Of a DNA stretch of 55,178 bases, positions 39,470 through 49,585 are shown piece after piece (position 1 is the stretch's first letter; each line of letters opens with the position of its first letter). Origin of the DNA: Pseudomonadota bacterium (lineage in GTDB: Bacteria > Pseudomonadota > Alphaproteobacteria > SP197). A program made the translations under genes and the position numbers. The notes beneath the pieces were generated by a model. It was not told the origin of the DNA and did not search any database. It worked only from the letters and a program-made list of their open reading frames with translations. The stretch lies in the NCBI GenBank assembly GCA_027592745.1, contig JAQCLG010000001.1:1-55178 (forward strand). The letters are read 5' to 3'.

Positions 39470-39525
39470 AGTGGATCGTCCTCACGTGGAACCGCGCGCG
39501 GTTCCACGTGAGGACGAGAATCCGA
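39467..39525. repeat. REP-like nested palindrome, family member 1
   Basis: TAGAGTGGAT, then a perfect 20/20 palindrome CGTCCTCACGTGGAACCGCG|CGCGGTTCCACGTGAGGACG (39477-39516), then GAATCCG. Its first 3 nt are the parE TAG stop. Confidence 0.85.
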
Positions 39526-39561
39526 ACTATCTCAATAAGTTTGAGCAGGGACGGCCGCGGA

Positions 39562-40092
39562 TCACGGCTCCTGGGTGCACTGGGGATTGAACGACCTGAA
39601 GGCGCACCAGGTGGGATCCGGTTCGGGCGAGGGCTGGGTCTGGGCCGACGCCCCACCGCCGTCCTTCGTCGCCGGCGCGATGTAGGGCTGGAACTCGGGC
39701 GATCCCACCACGCCGTCTATGCCTGCCACCAGTTCGCGCAGGTCCTGCGTGATCTCCAGGCCGCAGACCCGGGAACAGATGCTCATCTCGTTGTCCCAGC
39801 CGCTGTTGAGCGCGACGCGCATATGGCCGCTCATCGCTTCGGCCAGGTCCCGGTCATAGGCGTTCTCGATGATGGCGAAATAGACACTCATCAGCCAGTC
39901 GGGGTCCCCCGGCACGCAGTCGCACAGGATCGTGTAGCCCAGGGGTCTGCCCATGTCGCCGGCTTCGGGGCGCTCCTGCGCGCGCGGCGTGGCCGTGGTT
40001 GCAAGCAGCAGGAACCCCGCAGCAAACAGGAACCTGCCGACCGCCTTGGCGGGTGGCAATCCTGCCGCAAGACATCCTGGAGGTGCACCCAT
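39562..40092 (-). CDS. secreted 6-Cys protein, paralog a (C-terminal WCAFRSFNPQC)
   Basis: ATG at 40092; the ORF could also start at TTG 40119. Signal-like segment FLFAAGFLLLATTATPRAQ. Confidence 0.65.
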   Translation of the reverse strand: MGAPPGCLAAGLPPAKAVGRFLFAAGFLLLATTATPRAQERPEAGDMGRPLGYTILCDCVPGDPDWLMSVYFAIIENAYDRDLAEAMSGHMRVALNSGWDNEMSICSRVCGLEITQDLRELVAGIDGVVGSPEFQPYIAPATKDGGGASAQTQPSPEPDPTWCAFRSFNPQCTQEP

Positions 40093-40193
40093 CGGCTTTC
40101 CGCTTCTAAGAAGATTCAATAAAAAAACAATTACCCAATAATAACACGGTATTATCTAGATTTTATCACCTTTTACAGAAGGCCAATGCACCT

Positions 40194-40996
40194 TCATTCC
40201 GCGCCGGGCTTGCGGCAATCCGGCCGCGAGGGGCTGGCCCGGCAGATGGAGGTCGACCAGTTGTCGCCCGACCCCGCTGTCACATAGAGCGATTCGATGC
40301 CGCCGCCGGAGGAGGTATCGGCCTCTGCAGCGGGGGGCTGGTAGGCGGCCTCGACGGACTGGGCGGCAACGGTCTCGGCCTCCACCACCTCCTCCGGCTC
40401 CGCGGGCGCCGGCGCAACCGTTTCGGCCTGGGCTGGATCGGCGCCGTCCGCGGTTCCGGCGGCTTCCAGGGCCTCGGCATCGGCGGCGGGCTCAATTGCG
40501 ACGGCGACCGGCACCTCGTCTTCGGCCGCCTCGGGCGCGGCGACGCCGGCGGCAGCCTCGACGGGCACGGTGGCTATCTCCCCGCCGGCGGCAACGACAT
40601 CGTCCGCCACCGGTTCATCGGCCGGCGCCGGTCCCAGGAGCGCGCGCAGGGCCGCACCGTCGACCACACCGCCATCGGCCCGAGCCAGGGTTATCTGCAG
40701 CTCACGGGTGACCGGCTGATCGCAGATCCGCTTGCACAGGCTCATGTTGCGGTCCCAGCCGTCCATGAGCGCACCCTCGAGCGGGGCTGCAGCGCATCGG
40801 CATAACCCTGGCCGTAGGCATCGGCGAAGGCTGCACGGTAGGTTTCGATGATCCAGGCCTTTTCCCCCACCACGCAGCCGCAGTTGACCGTATAGGCCAG
40901 CAGCTTGCCCATGTTTTCGGCATCGGGCCGTTCGGCGGCAAGGACCGGGCGGCTGCAGGCAAGCAGCAGCAGGAGAGCGACAGCAAGGCGCATCAT
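40194..40996 (-). pseudogene. secreted Cys-motif protein, paralog b, with a 1-nt frameshift and an acidic linker
   Basis: ATG at 40996 in an ATGA overlap with the paralog c stop. The frame changes at the G4 run 40783-40786 (C4 on the coding strand). Restoring one C gives ...ADALQPPLEGALMDGWDRNMSLCKRIC, which is collinear with paralog a. Confidence 0.6.
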
Positions 40997-41469
40997 GGCG
41001 AGGTCCGGCATTGCGGATGGAAGGGCCTGAAGGCGCACCAGGAAGGAAGCGGGCTGGAAGCCGGAGCCTTGTCCTCCCGGGGCAGGCTGTAACCCGCCCC
41101 GTACCGGGTCAGAAAGTCGTCGTCGGGTTCTGCTTCGATCATCGCCAGGACCTCGCCCAGATAGAGCGTGTAGTCGTTGACGCAGACGTAACCCGAACAG
41201 ACGCTTGCGGTGTTGCGGTAGAAACCGTCCATGGTCGGGCGCATGTAGCCGGCGGCGGTGTCGGCATAATCCGGGCCGGATTCCTCCACCATCATCGCGT
41301 AAAAGGCGACCTGCTGGTGGTCCGATTCATAGGGCAGGCATTCGCACATCAGGACGAAGCCGAGGAACTCCCCAAGGCGCTGTGGACTGACCGATTCCTG
41401 GGCATGCGCGCCGGTCTCGGTCAGCACCAGAAGCAGCCCCAGGACGTTGCATCTGGCGGTCGTGCGCAT
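40993..41469 (-). CDS. secreted 6-Cys protein, paralog c (C-terminal WCAFRPFHPQC)
   Basis: First ATG at 41469 (MRTTARCNVLGLLLVLTETGAHA). The start is uncertain. Confidence 0.65.
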   Translation of the reverse strand: MRTTARCNVLGLLLVLTETGAHAQESVSPQRLGEFLGFVLMCECLPYESDHQQVAFYAMMVEESGPDYADTAAGYMRPTMDGFYRNTASVCSGYVCVNDYTLYLGEVLAMIEAEPDDDFLTRYGAGYSLPREDKAPASSPLPSWCAFRPFHPQCRTSP

Positions 41470-41568
41470 GCGGGGATTTTCACCGGGGTGGCGGGACAAG
41501 GCAAGAAGTCATGACGTCGCCCCTTCCTGCCCGTCCGGACGCCCCGATGGCGGTCCTGAACCGGCGTT

Positions 41569-42111
41569 TCAGCGGATCAGGGGCGAAAGGTCCCGGAAGG
41601 CGTCGGTGCCGGCCCGCTCCAGCCATTCGAACAGGACCATCTCGGCGTTGACGATCAGCGCCCCGTTCGCCCGCAGGCGGGCCAGGGCGAGTTCGCGGCT
41701 CTGGCCGGTCCGGCTGGACACCGCGTCGGCCACGATGGCGACGCCGTAACCCTCCCCCAGCAGGTCCAGTGCGGTCTGCAGCACGCAGACATGGGCCTCG
41801 ACCCCGGCGAGCACGAAGCAGTCGCGCCCCAGGTCCCGCAGCGCGGCGCGGGCGGGATCCTCGGCAAAGGCCGAAAACGCCAGCTTGTCGTGGCATTCCC
41901 GCGGCCTCAGGGCCTCGTCGAAGGGCGCCACCAGGGCGCCCAGCCCCCTGGGATACTGGCGTGTCGCCAGGACCGGCACGTCGAGACGGCGGGCGGCCTG
42001 GAGCAGGATGGCGCAACGTTCCACGACACCTGGCCCGCCCTCGATCGCGGGCATCAGCCGTTCCTGCAGGTCGATCAGGACGAGGGCGCTGCGGCGGGCT
42101 TCCATGCGCAT
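41569..42111 (-). CDS. isochorismatase-family hydrolase
   Basis: 180 aa with ALVLIDLQ and catalytic-Cys GVEAHVCVLQTALD motifs. Confidence 0.88.
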   Translation of the reverse strand: MRMEARRSALVLIDLQERLMPAIEGGPGVVERCAILLQAARRLDVPVLATRQYPRGLGALVAPFDEALRPRECHDKLAFSAFAEDPARAALRDLGRDCFVLAGVEAHVCVLQTALDLLGEGYGVAIVADAVSSRTGQSRELALARLRANGALIVNAEMVLFEWLERAGTDAFRDLSPLIR

Positions 42112-42225
42112 GGTTCGCGTTCCGGGCGGTTGGCGGGCGGACGGCCCCAGTCAACGCCCTTCGGACACTGCCTGTCGAGGCCCCTCCGGCGGGCTGCACA
42201 CAACGCCCCGTCATGCGCTCTTGCG

Positions 42226-42254
42226 TTGACTATGGCGTCTGCGGCGGGTATCAC
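42226..42254 (+). promoter_or_regulatory. possible sigma70 promoter for the DEAD-box helicase
   Basis: TTGACT (42226-42231), a 17-nt spacer, then TATCAC (42249-42254). This would leave a roughly 60-nt leader. Confidence 0.3.
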
Positions 42255-42315
42255 GCGCGCACATGAAAGAACACAAGGCACACCGGCGCCTGCCGCGCTG
42301 GAGCACACCCACCGA

Positions 42316-43929
<1,614 letters not shown>

Positions 43930-43956
43930 TCCCTCTCTGCGACAGGAGTGACGACC

Positions 43957-44730
43957 ATGGCCCGTGGCGCTGCGATCCGTGATGCCCTGAAGTCCGGCCG
44001 CAAGCTGCTTGGCGGCTGGGTCAACATGAACAGCCCGATCGCCACGGAAATCGTCGCGGGCGCCGGCTTCGACGTGATCATGATCGATCAGGAGCACGGT
44101 CCCGGAAACAACATGGACGCGATCCTGCAGCAGCAGGCGATCCGGGCTGGCGGCGACAGCGCCAGCCTCCTGCGCGTGCGCGACAACGATACCCAGCTCA
44201 TCAAGCAGGCGCTGGACACCGGCATCGACGGGCTGATGGTGCCCCTGGTGGAAACTGCCGAGGGCGCGGCCCGTGTCGCCGCCGCCTGCCGCTTCCCCCC
44301 GGTCGGCATCCGCGGCGTGGCGCCAGGCAATGTGCGCGCGGCGCGCTACGGCTACGACAAGGACGCCTTCGTCGCGGCCAAGGGCGGCGACGTCTTCGTC
44401 ATGAGCCAGGTCGAGAGCGAACTCACCGTCAGGAACCTGCGCGAGATCGGCACGGTCGACGGCATCGACATGCTGTTCATCGGCCGCAACGATCTGGCGA
44501 GCTCGATCGGCTGCCTGGCCGACCTCAACGCGCTGGCCTCCAGGGAACTGCGCGAGGAAGCCGAGCGCCTGATCAAGGAGAGCGGCCGATTCATGGGCGG
44601 CATTCCCGGCCCGGGCGACAGCGCCATGGACATGTTCGCGCGCGGCTACGACCTGGTCATCGCCGCGGCCGACCATGCCCTGTTGCGCGATGCCGCCGTG
44701 GCCCTGGTCAAGGCCCACGCCGACCGCTGA
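43957..44730 (+). CDS. HpcH/HpaI-family aldolase
   Basis: ATG at 43957 with AGGAG 8 nt upstream. IMIDQEHGPG motif. Confidence 0.8.
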   Translation: MARGAAIRDALKSGRKLLGGWVNMNSPIATEIVAGAGFDVIMIDQEHGPGNNMDAILQQQAIRAGGDSASLLRVRDNDTQLIKQALDTGIDGLMVPLVETAEGAARVAAACRFPPVGIRGVAPGNVRAARYGYDKDAFVAAKGGDVFVMSQVESELTVRNLREIGTVDGIDMLFIGRNDLASSIGCLADLNALASRELREEAERLIKESGRFMGGIPGPGDSAMDMFARGYDLVIAAADHALLRDAAVALVKAHADR

Positions 44731-44737
44731 GGCCACC

Positions 44738-45406
44738 ATGGCAGCCTTCGCACCGATCCTGAAGCGGGCGCAGAAGCGCACCGGCGGACAGGAGCGGCTG
44801 GAGGCCCAGCTTCCCTCGCCGCGCAGCGCCGCCGAACTGGCCGCCGTGCCCGACGACCGCTACCTCTCCCAGATGTCGCTGCGCATCTTCCGCGCCGGAT
44901 TGCGCCACGCCCTGGTCGATGCCCGCTGGCCAGCCTTCGAGGAGGCCTTCCACGGGTTCGCCCCCGGGCGCATCACCCTGATGAGCGACGAGGAGATGGA
45001 GGGCTGCATGGGCAACGCGGCGCTGATCCGCCACTGGGCCAAACTCGGGGCGATCCGCGACAATGCCGCGGCGATGCAGACGATCGCACGCGAACACGGC
45101 AGCTTCGGGCGCTGGCTGGCCGACTGGCCCGCAGAAGACACGGTCGGCTTGTGGACCGTGCTGGCCAGGAACTTCAGCCAGCTCGGCGGCAATTCCGGAC
45201 CCTATTTCCTGCGCATGGTCGGCAAGGACACCTTCGTTCTGACCGACGACGTCACCCGCGCCCTGATCGAGGCCGGCGTCATCGAGAAGAAGGCAACGGG
45301 CAAGGCCGACCTCACCAGGGTCCAGGTGGCCTTCAACGGCTGGGCGCGCGAAACCGGCCTGCCGCTCTGCCAGCTTTCGCGCATCCTTGCCTTCTCGGTG
45401 GACTGA
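44738..45406 (+). CDS. tag: DNA-3-methyladenine glycosylase I-like protein
   Basis: 222 aa. The YLSQMSLRIFRAGL ... GPYFLRMVG pattern resembles the Tag family. The symbol is tentative. Confidence 0.6.
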   Translation: MAAFAPILKRAQKRTGGQERLEAQLPSPRSAAELAAVPDDRYLSQMSLRIFRAGLRHALVDARWPAFEEAFHGFAPGRITLMSDEEMEGCMGNAALIRHWAKLGAIRDNAAAMQTIAREHGSFGRWLADWPAEDTVGLWTVLARNFSQLGGNSGPYFLRMVGKDTFVLTDDVTRALIEAGVIEKKATGKADLTRVQVAFNGWARETGLPLCQLSRILAFSVD

Positions 45407-45456
45407 GGAACGCACGCGGCGCAGCATCGCCACCCTCCCCGTCCCAGGAGGCCGCC

Positions 45457-45924
45457 ATGGCCCGCATCACCCACTTCGACCACACCAGCTTCACGGTCGC
45501 CGACATCGACCGCACCGTCGCCTTCTGGCGCGACGTCATGGGCCTGACGCTGGACGATCTTTCGCCCCGCACCCAGCCCTGGCTGGGCAAGGTCGTGGGT
45601 CGCCCGGGCGCGACCTGCCGGATCGCCCACATGACCGGTCTTGGCTGCCACATGGAGTTCATCGCCTACGACGCGGGCTTTGCCGGCGACAACGTCTTCG
45701 GTGCGGCGACACGTCCCGGTGCGGCCCATGTCGCCTTCTACACCGACGACCTGCGCGCCATGGCGGCAAGGATCGTCGAAGCCGGCGGCACGATGCTCGG
45801 CGAGATCACCTTCTGCGCGGCCCAGGGCCACAACACCGACTGCCTTGCGGCCTATGTCTGCGACCCCGAGGGCATCATCATCGACCTGATCGAGGACCTG
45901 CCCGCCGGCGGACCGGCGGGCTGA
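45457..45924 (+). CDS. VOC/glyoxalase-family protein
   Basis: MARITHFDHTSFTVADIDRTVAFWRDVMGL. CAGGAGG RBS. Confidence 0.8.
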   Translation: MARITHFDHTSFTVADIDRTVAFWRDVMGLTLDDLSPRTQPWLGKVVGRPGATCRIAHMTGLGCHMEFIAYDAGFAGDNVFGAATRPGAAHVAFYTDDLRAMAARIVEAGGTMLGEITFCAAQGHNTDCLAAYVCDPEGIIIDLIEDLPAGGPAG

Positions 45925-45937
45925 GCCTCACCGACGT

Positions 45938-46207
45938 TCAGGACAGGCGGCGCAGGATCCTGGCCTTGACCAGATAGGACCCGGCCGAGACGCCGACCGC
46001 CGAGAAGCGGTTGCCGACGGCCTGAAAGCTGGGCTCGACGATGAGTCCGGCCAGGATCGCGCGGTCCATGGCTTCCTGGAAGGCGAGCATGGTCGCGGTC
46101 ACGTCCTGGGCGAGTTCGCGGTCGCTGTACTCGGACGGCCGGCGTGCCACCTCGAAGGCGGCGATGTTGGTGTCGTCGTGATCGATGAAGGACTGGGCCT
46201 GCGGCAT
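45938..46207 (-). CDS. hypothetical 89-aa protein
   Basis: ATG at 46207 with GGGAGA upstream. No family recognised. The longer ORF to 46471 runs into the repeat and is spurious. Confidence 0.45.
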   Translation of the reverse strand: MPQAQSFIDHDDTNIAAFEVARRPSEYSDRELAQDVTATMLAFQEAMDRAILAGLIVEPSFQAVGNRFSAVGVSAGSYLVKARILRRLS

Positions 46208-46441
46208 CGTCTGTCTCCCTTCGGTAACCCCGCTACCCGCACGCGACGGGCCGGAGGTTTTGCGTCCCGCCGTTGCCGACGGTTTGCCGTTGTTGAGGAG
46301 CCTGCCACCCGGCCCCGCCGGGCGATGCTCCAACCCAGTCAGCATCCACGCACGCGCCCGGCCAGGCCAGCACGAAACGCGGCCTGCGTGACGGAGGTCA
46401 CGCGCTCCACGGCCCAACGTGGCGGCTGGCAGCGTCGCCCG

Positions 46442-46580
46442 CTCTACGTCAACAAGATAGAGCAAATTCACATCCTTCTGCGCAATCGCGAAGCGATTCC
46501 GCAGAAGGATGATTTGCTCTAAACGGATGGGCCGCCTGAAACAAAGCGATCTTGTCGATGTAGAGCGGATTCACACGATC
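46442..46580. repeat. REP/BIME-like element, rearranged copy
   Basis: Module b (46442-46521) matches 48645-48724 at 79 of 80 positions. A 27-nt spacer follows. Then comes an inverted partial copy of the module a/b junction (ATCTTGTCGATGTAGAGCGGATTCACACGATC, 46549-46580). Confidence 0.85.
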
Positions 46581-46597
46581 CGGGGGAGCCCGCCGCC

Positions 46598-47620
46598 ATG
46601 ACCTTCCGCGTCCTGATATCCGATCCCAAGATCGGCGACCTCAAGCTCTTCGAGGCTGCGGGCCGCAGCAACCTCGCCTTCGACCTGCGCGAGATCGGCA
46701 TGCCCGCGGACTTCCCCGATGACGTACTCGCGGCCTGCGATGCCTTCTGCATGTTCAACGTCAAGCCGATGGGCGCCGACGTCATCGACCGCATGACGCG
46801 CTGCCGGCTGCTGGTGCGCGCCGGCGTCGGCTTCGACAATGTCGACCTGGCCGCCGCCGCGCGCAACGGCATCCCTGTGGCCAATGTCCCCGACTACGGC
46901 ATCAACGAGGTCGCCGACCACGCGCTCGCCCTGATAATGACCTTCACCCGCGGCATCCGCTTCTACAGCACGCGCATGCAGGCGGGCCTGCCACAGGGCT
47001 GGGCCTGGGACAATGCCTTCAACCGGCGGACCTACCGGCGGCGGGTCGGCATCGTCGGCCTGGGACGCATCGGCAGCGCCTTCGCGCGCCGCTGCCAGGG
47101 CCTGGGCATGGAGGTGATCGCTTACGATCCCTACCTGCCGAGCGGCGCCGAACTGTCGCTCAACGTCACGCGTGTTGCTTCGCTCAAGGACCTGCTGGGC
47201 GCCTGCGACATCGTCAGCATGCACGTGCCGTTGACGCCCGAGACCGAACGCATGATCGACCGCGAGGCGATTGCGGCGATGCGCCCGGGCACCTTCCTGA
47301 TCAACACCTCGCGCGGCCCGGTGATCGACCTCGATGCCGCCTACGAAGGCATGAAAAACGGGCCGATCCAGTGCTTGGGCCTCGATGTCTTCCCCGTCGA
47401 ACCGGCCGATCCCGAACATCCCCTGATCAAGGCCTGGCTGGCGCGCGAGGCCTGGATCGACGATCGCCTGGTGCTGACACCCCATGCCGCGTTCTTCTCG
47501 CCCGACGCCGTGGTCGACATGCGCACCAACGCCATCCACCTGATCGCCGACTACCTGGAAGGCAAACCCCTGCGCAACTGGGTCAACGCCGACCTGCTCA
47601 GCCCCGACAGGCGGCGCTGA
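46598..47620 (+). CDS. D-isomer-specific 2-hydroxyacid dehydrogenase family protein
   Basis: 340 aa with NAD-binding motif GIVGLGRIGSAFARR. Confidence 0.88.
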   Translation: MTFRVLISDPKIGDLKLFEAAGRSNLAFDLREIGMPADFPDDVLAACDAFCMFNVKPMGADVIDRMTRCRLLVRAGVGFDNVDLAAAARNGIPVANVPDYGINEVADHALALIMTFTRGIRFYSTRMQAGLPQGWAWDNAFNRRTYRRRVGIVGLGRIGSAFARRCQGLGMEVIAYDPYLPSGAELSLNVTRVASLKDLLGACDIVSMHVPLTPETERMIDREAIAAMRPGTFLINTSRGPVIDLDAAYEGMKNGPIQCLGLDVFPVEPADPEHPLIKAWLAREAWIDDRLVLTPHAAFFSPDAVVDMRTNAIHLIADYLEGKPLRNWVNADLLSPDRRR

Positions 47621-47648
47621 ACCCATCCGACCACAGAAAGGAAAGCCC

Positions 47649-47996
47649 ATGACCGTGACGATCTACCACAACCAGCGCTGCTCGAAGTCGCGCGAGACGC
47701 TGGCGCTGATCCGGGACAGGGGCATCGAGCCCGAGGTCGTGCTCTATCTCGAAACGCCGCCCGACGCCGCTACGCTCGACCACCTGCTGACGCTGATGGG
47801 CAAGGAACCGCGCGAGGTCATGCGGACCAAGGAAGCGCCCTACAAGGAACTGGGCCTGTCGGACCCCGGAACGACCCGCGAGGCCCTGATCGAGGCCATG
47901 GTCAACCATCCGGTGCTGATCGAGCGGCCGATCGTGGTGAACGGCAAGAAAGCCGCCATGGGGCGCCCGCCCGAGGCGATCCTGGCGATCCTGTAA
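47649..47996 (+). CDS. arsC: arsenate reductase (glutaredoxin-coupled ArsC/Spx family)
   Basis: 115 aa. IYHNQRCSKSR motif with the catalytic Cys. Confidence 0.85.
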   Translation: MTVTIYHNQRCSKSRETLALIRDRGIEPEVVLYLETPPDAATLDHLLTLMGKEPREVMRTKEAPYKELGLSDPGTTREALIEAMVNHPVLIERPIVVNGKKAAMGRPPEAILAIL

Positions 47997-48195
47997 TCCT
48001 GCCGCCGCCGTCGCAATTGCCGCTTTGCGCAGCGCAGCGAATCGCATAGCGTTCGCCCGCGTCCGCGGCGTGCCTGTTCCCGCGAACTCCTGACCTTTCC
48101 ACCAACGCCCGTCATGCCGGCTGCTGCCAGACGGCGGGCGTTCGTCGTCCACCATCCTGGTACGGCCGCGGGCCGTGCCCCGAGGAATCGCGCCC

Positions 48196-48588
48196 ATGAT
48201 GCTGATCCGCAATGTTGCCGGTCCCTCCGCCATCCACGGCACCGGCATCTTCGCCGCCGAGCCGGTCGCGGCCGGCACCGAGGTCTGGCGTTACCACCCG
48301 CAGTTCGACATCGTCGTCATGCGCCACTATGCCGACATGCTGCCGGCGGCCATGCAGGACTTCCTGAAGATGTACGCCTATCCGTCCGAACTGGTGGCCG
48401 GCAACCTGCTGCTGGACGGCGACAACGGCCGCTTCATGAATCACAGCGACACGCCCAACACGAGCAACACGGTCTGGATCTCCTATGCCTCGCGCGACAT
48501 CGCCGAGGGCGAGGAGATCACCTGCGACTACGGCGAATTCTACGCCGAGGGTGACTTCCACCTGATCGAGACGGAGACGCCTGCCTAG
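48196..48588 (+). CDS. SET-domain protein (putative lysine methyltransferase)
   Basis: ATG at 48196 with GAGGAA 8 nt upstream. GRFMNHS, PN and EEITCDYG motifs. The TAG stop lies inside the repeat. Confidence 0.8.
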   Translation: MMLIRNVAGPSAIHGTGIFAAEPVAAGTEVWRYHPQFDIVVMRHYADMLPAAMQDFLKMYAYPSELVAGNLLLDGDNGRFMNHSDTPNTSNTVWISYASRDIAEGEEITCDYGEFYAEGDFHLIETETPA

Positions 48589-48724
48589 AGCGGATCACGA
48601 TCACCCGGAACCGCTCAGCGGTTCCGGGTGATCGTGTGAATCCGCTCTACATCAACAAGATAGAGCAAATTCACATCCTTCTGCGCAATCGCGAAGCGAT
48701 TCCGCAGAAGGATGATTTGCTCTA
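48586..48724. repeat. composite REP/BIME-like element (module a plus module b)
   Basis: Module a (48586-48649): TAGAGCGGATCACGATCACCCGGAACCGC-tca-GCGGTTCCGGGTGATCGT-gtga-ATCCGCTCTA. Module b (48645-48724) contains a 27-bp interrupted hairpin, AGAGCAAAT...ATTTGCTCT. The element exactly fills the gap between two convergent stop codons. Confidence 0.9.
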
Positions 48725-49519
48725 GATATCCAGCTCGTAGAGCCGTCCGTAGCGGGGCAGCGCCTCCTTGATCCCGGCAAGGCGCAGCGCGTGCCATGCC
48801 ATGGCGTGGTTCGAGGAGGTGACAGGTTTGCCCAGTTCGGCCTCGACCTCGGCGGCGACCTGGGCCAGCCGCAGGCTGGTGCAGGAGACGAAGACGGCAT
48901 CGACATTGTCGCGCCGGCCGATCTCCAGCAGCGCCGTGCGGATGCTCGCCGGTGCGATGCAGGAAACCCGGTTGTCGTTCTCCTCGTTGAAGGAACCGAA
49001 GACGGGGACCTCGAAACCGCGCGCCTGGATGTAGTCGCGCATGAAGCGGTTGATGTCGTCGCGGTAGGGTGTGAGCACGCCGATACGCCTGGCACCCAAG
49101 GCGCGGAAGGCCGCGAAGGCGCCGGTGATCGGCGTCGTCACCCGGGCTTCCGGGCGGGCCTGACGAACCAGTTCGAAGACGCGCTCCTCGCCGATCACCA
49201 TGGAGGCCGAGGTGCAGCCGTAACAGACGACGTCGAGCGGCACGCCCGGCAGGATGAGATCGGCGGTGCCGGCGATCCGGCCTTCCATCGCCTTGAGCGT
49301 TTCGGGCGTGATCGAGGGGTCGTTGGCGATGCGCGCCTCGTAGAAGGCGACACCGGGCAGGTCGAGGATGGCGCGGAACTCGTGCTCGACCGTGTGGTCG
49401 CTGGCCAGGACGATGACGCCGATGCGCGCGCGGGCGGCAATGCCGCCGTCGAGCTCGAAGGGAAGGTGCGTGAGGTTGGTGAACGCCTCGCTTGCACCGT
49501 CCTGCTGCTGCTCTGCCAT
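48722..49519 (-). CDS. Asp/Glu/hydantoin-racemase superfamily protein (maleate-isomerase/arylmalonate-decarboxylase-like)
   Basis: 265 aa. Two Cys motifs, YGCTSAS and FVSCTSL. GGAGG RBS. Confidence 0.8.
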   Translation of the reverse strand: MAEQQQDGASEAFTNLTHLPFELDGGIAARARIGVIVLASDHTVEHEFRAILDLPGVAFYEARIANDPSITPETLKAMEGRIAGTADLILPGVPLDVVCYGCTSASMVIGEERVFELVRQARPEARVTTPITGAFAAFRALGARRIGVLTPYRDDINRFMRDYIQARGFEVPVFGSFNEENDNRVSCIAPASIRTALLEIGRRDNVDAVFVSCTSLRLAQVAAEVEAELGKPVTSSNHAMAWHALRLAGIKEALPRYGRLYELDI

Positions 49520-49585
49520 GCCCCCCTCCTCGCCCTGTCTGCGCAGTCTTGCCCCAAGTGGGTCCGGGGTCCAGCGGCCTGACGC

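Noticed and set aside
46178-48797. Short ORFs running through the repeats: 46178..46522 (+), the N-terminal extension of 45938..46471 (-), and 48615..48797 (-). They share peptide strings such as NLLYLVDVER and ILLRNR.
   Set aside because: The shared peptides are a by-product of translating the same DNA repeat. The ORFs have no RBS, and the palindromic structure explains the sequence better.
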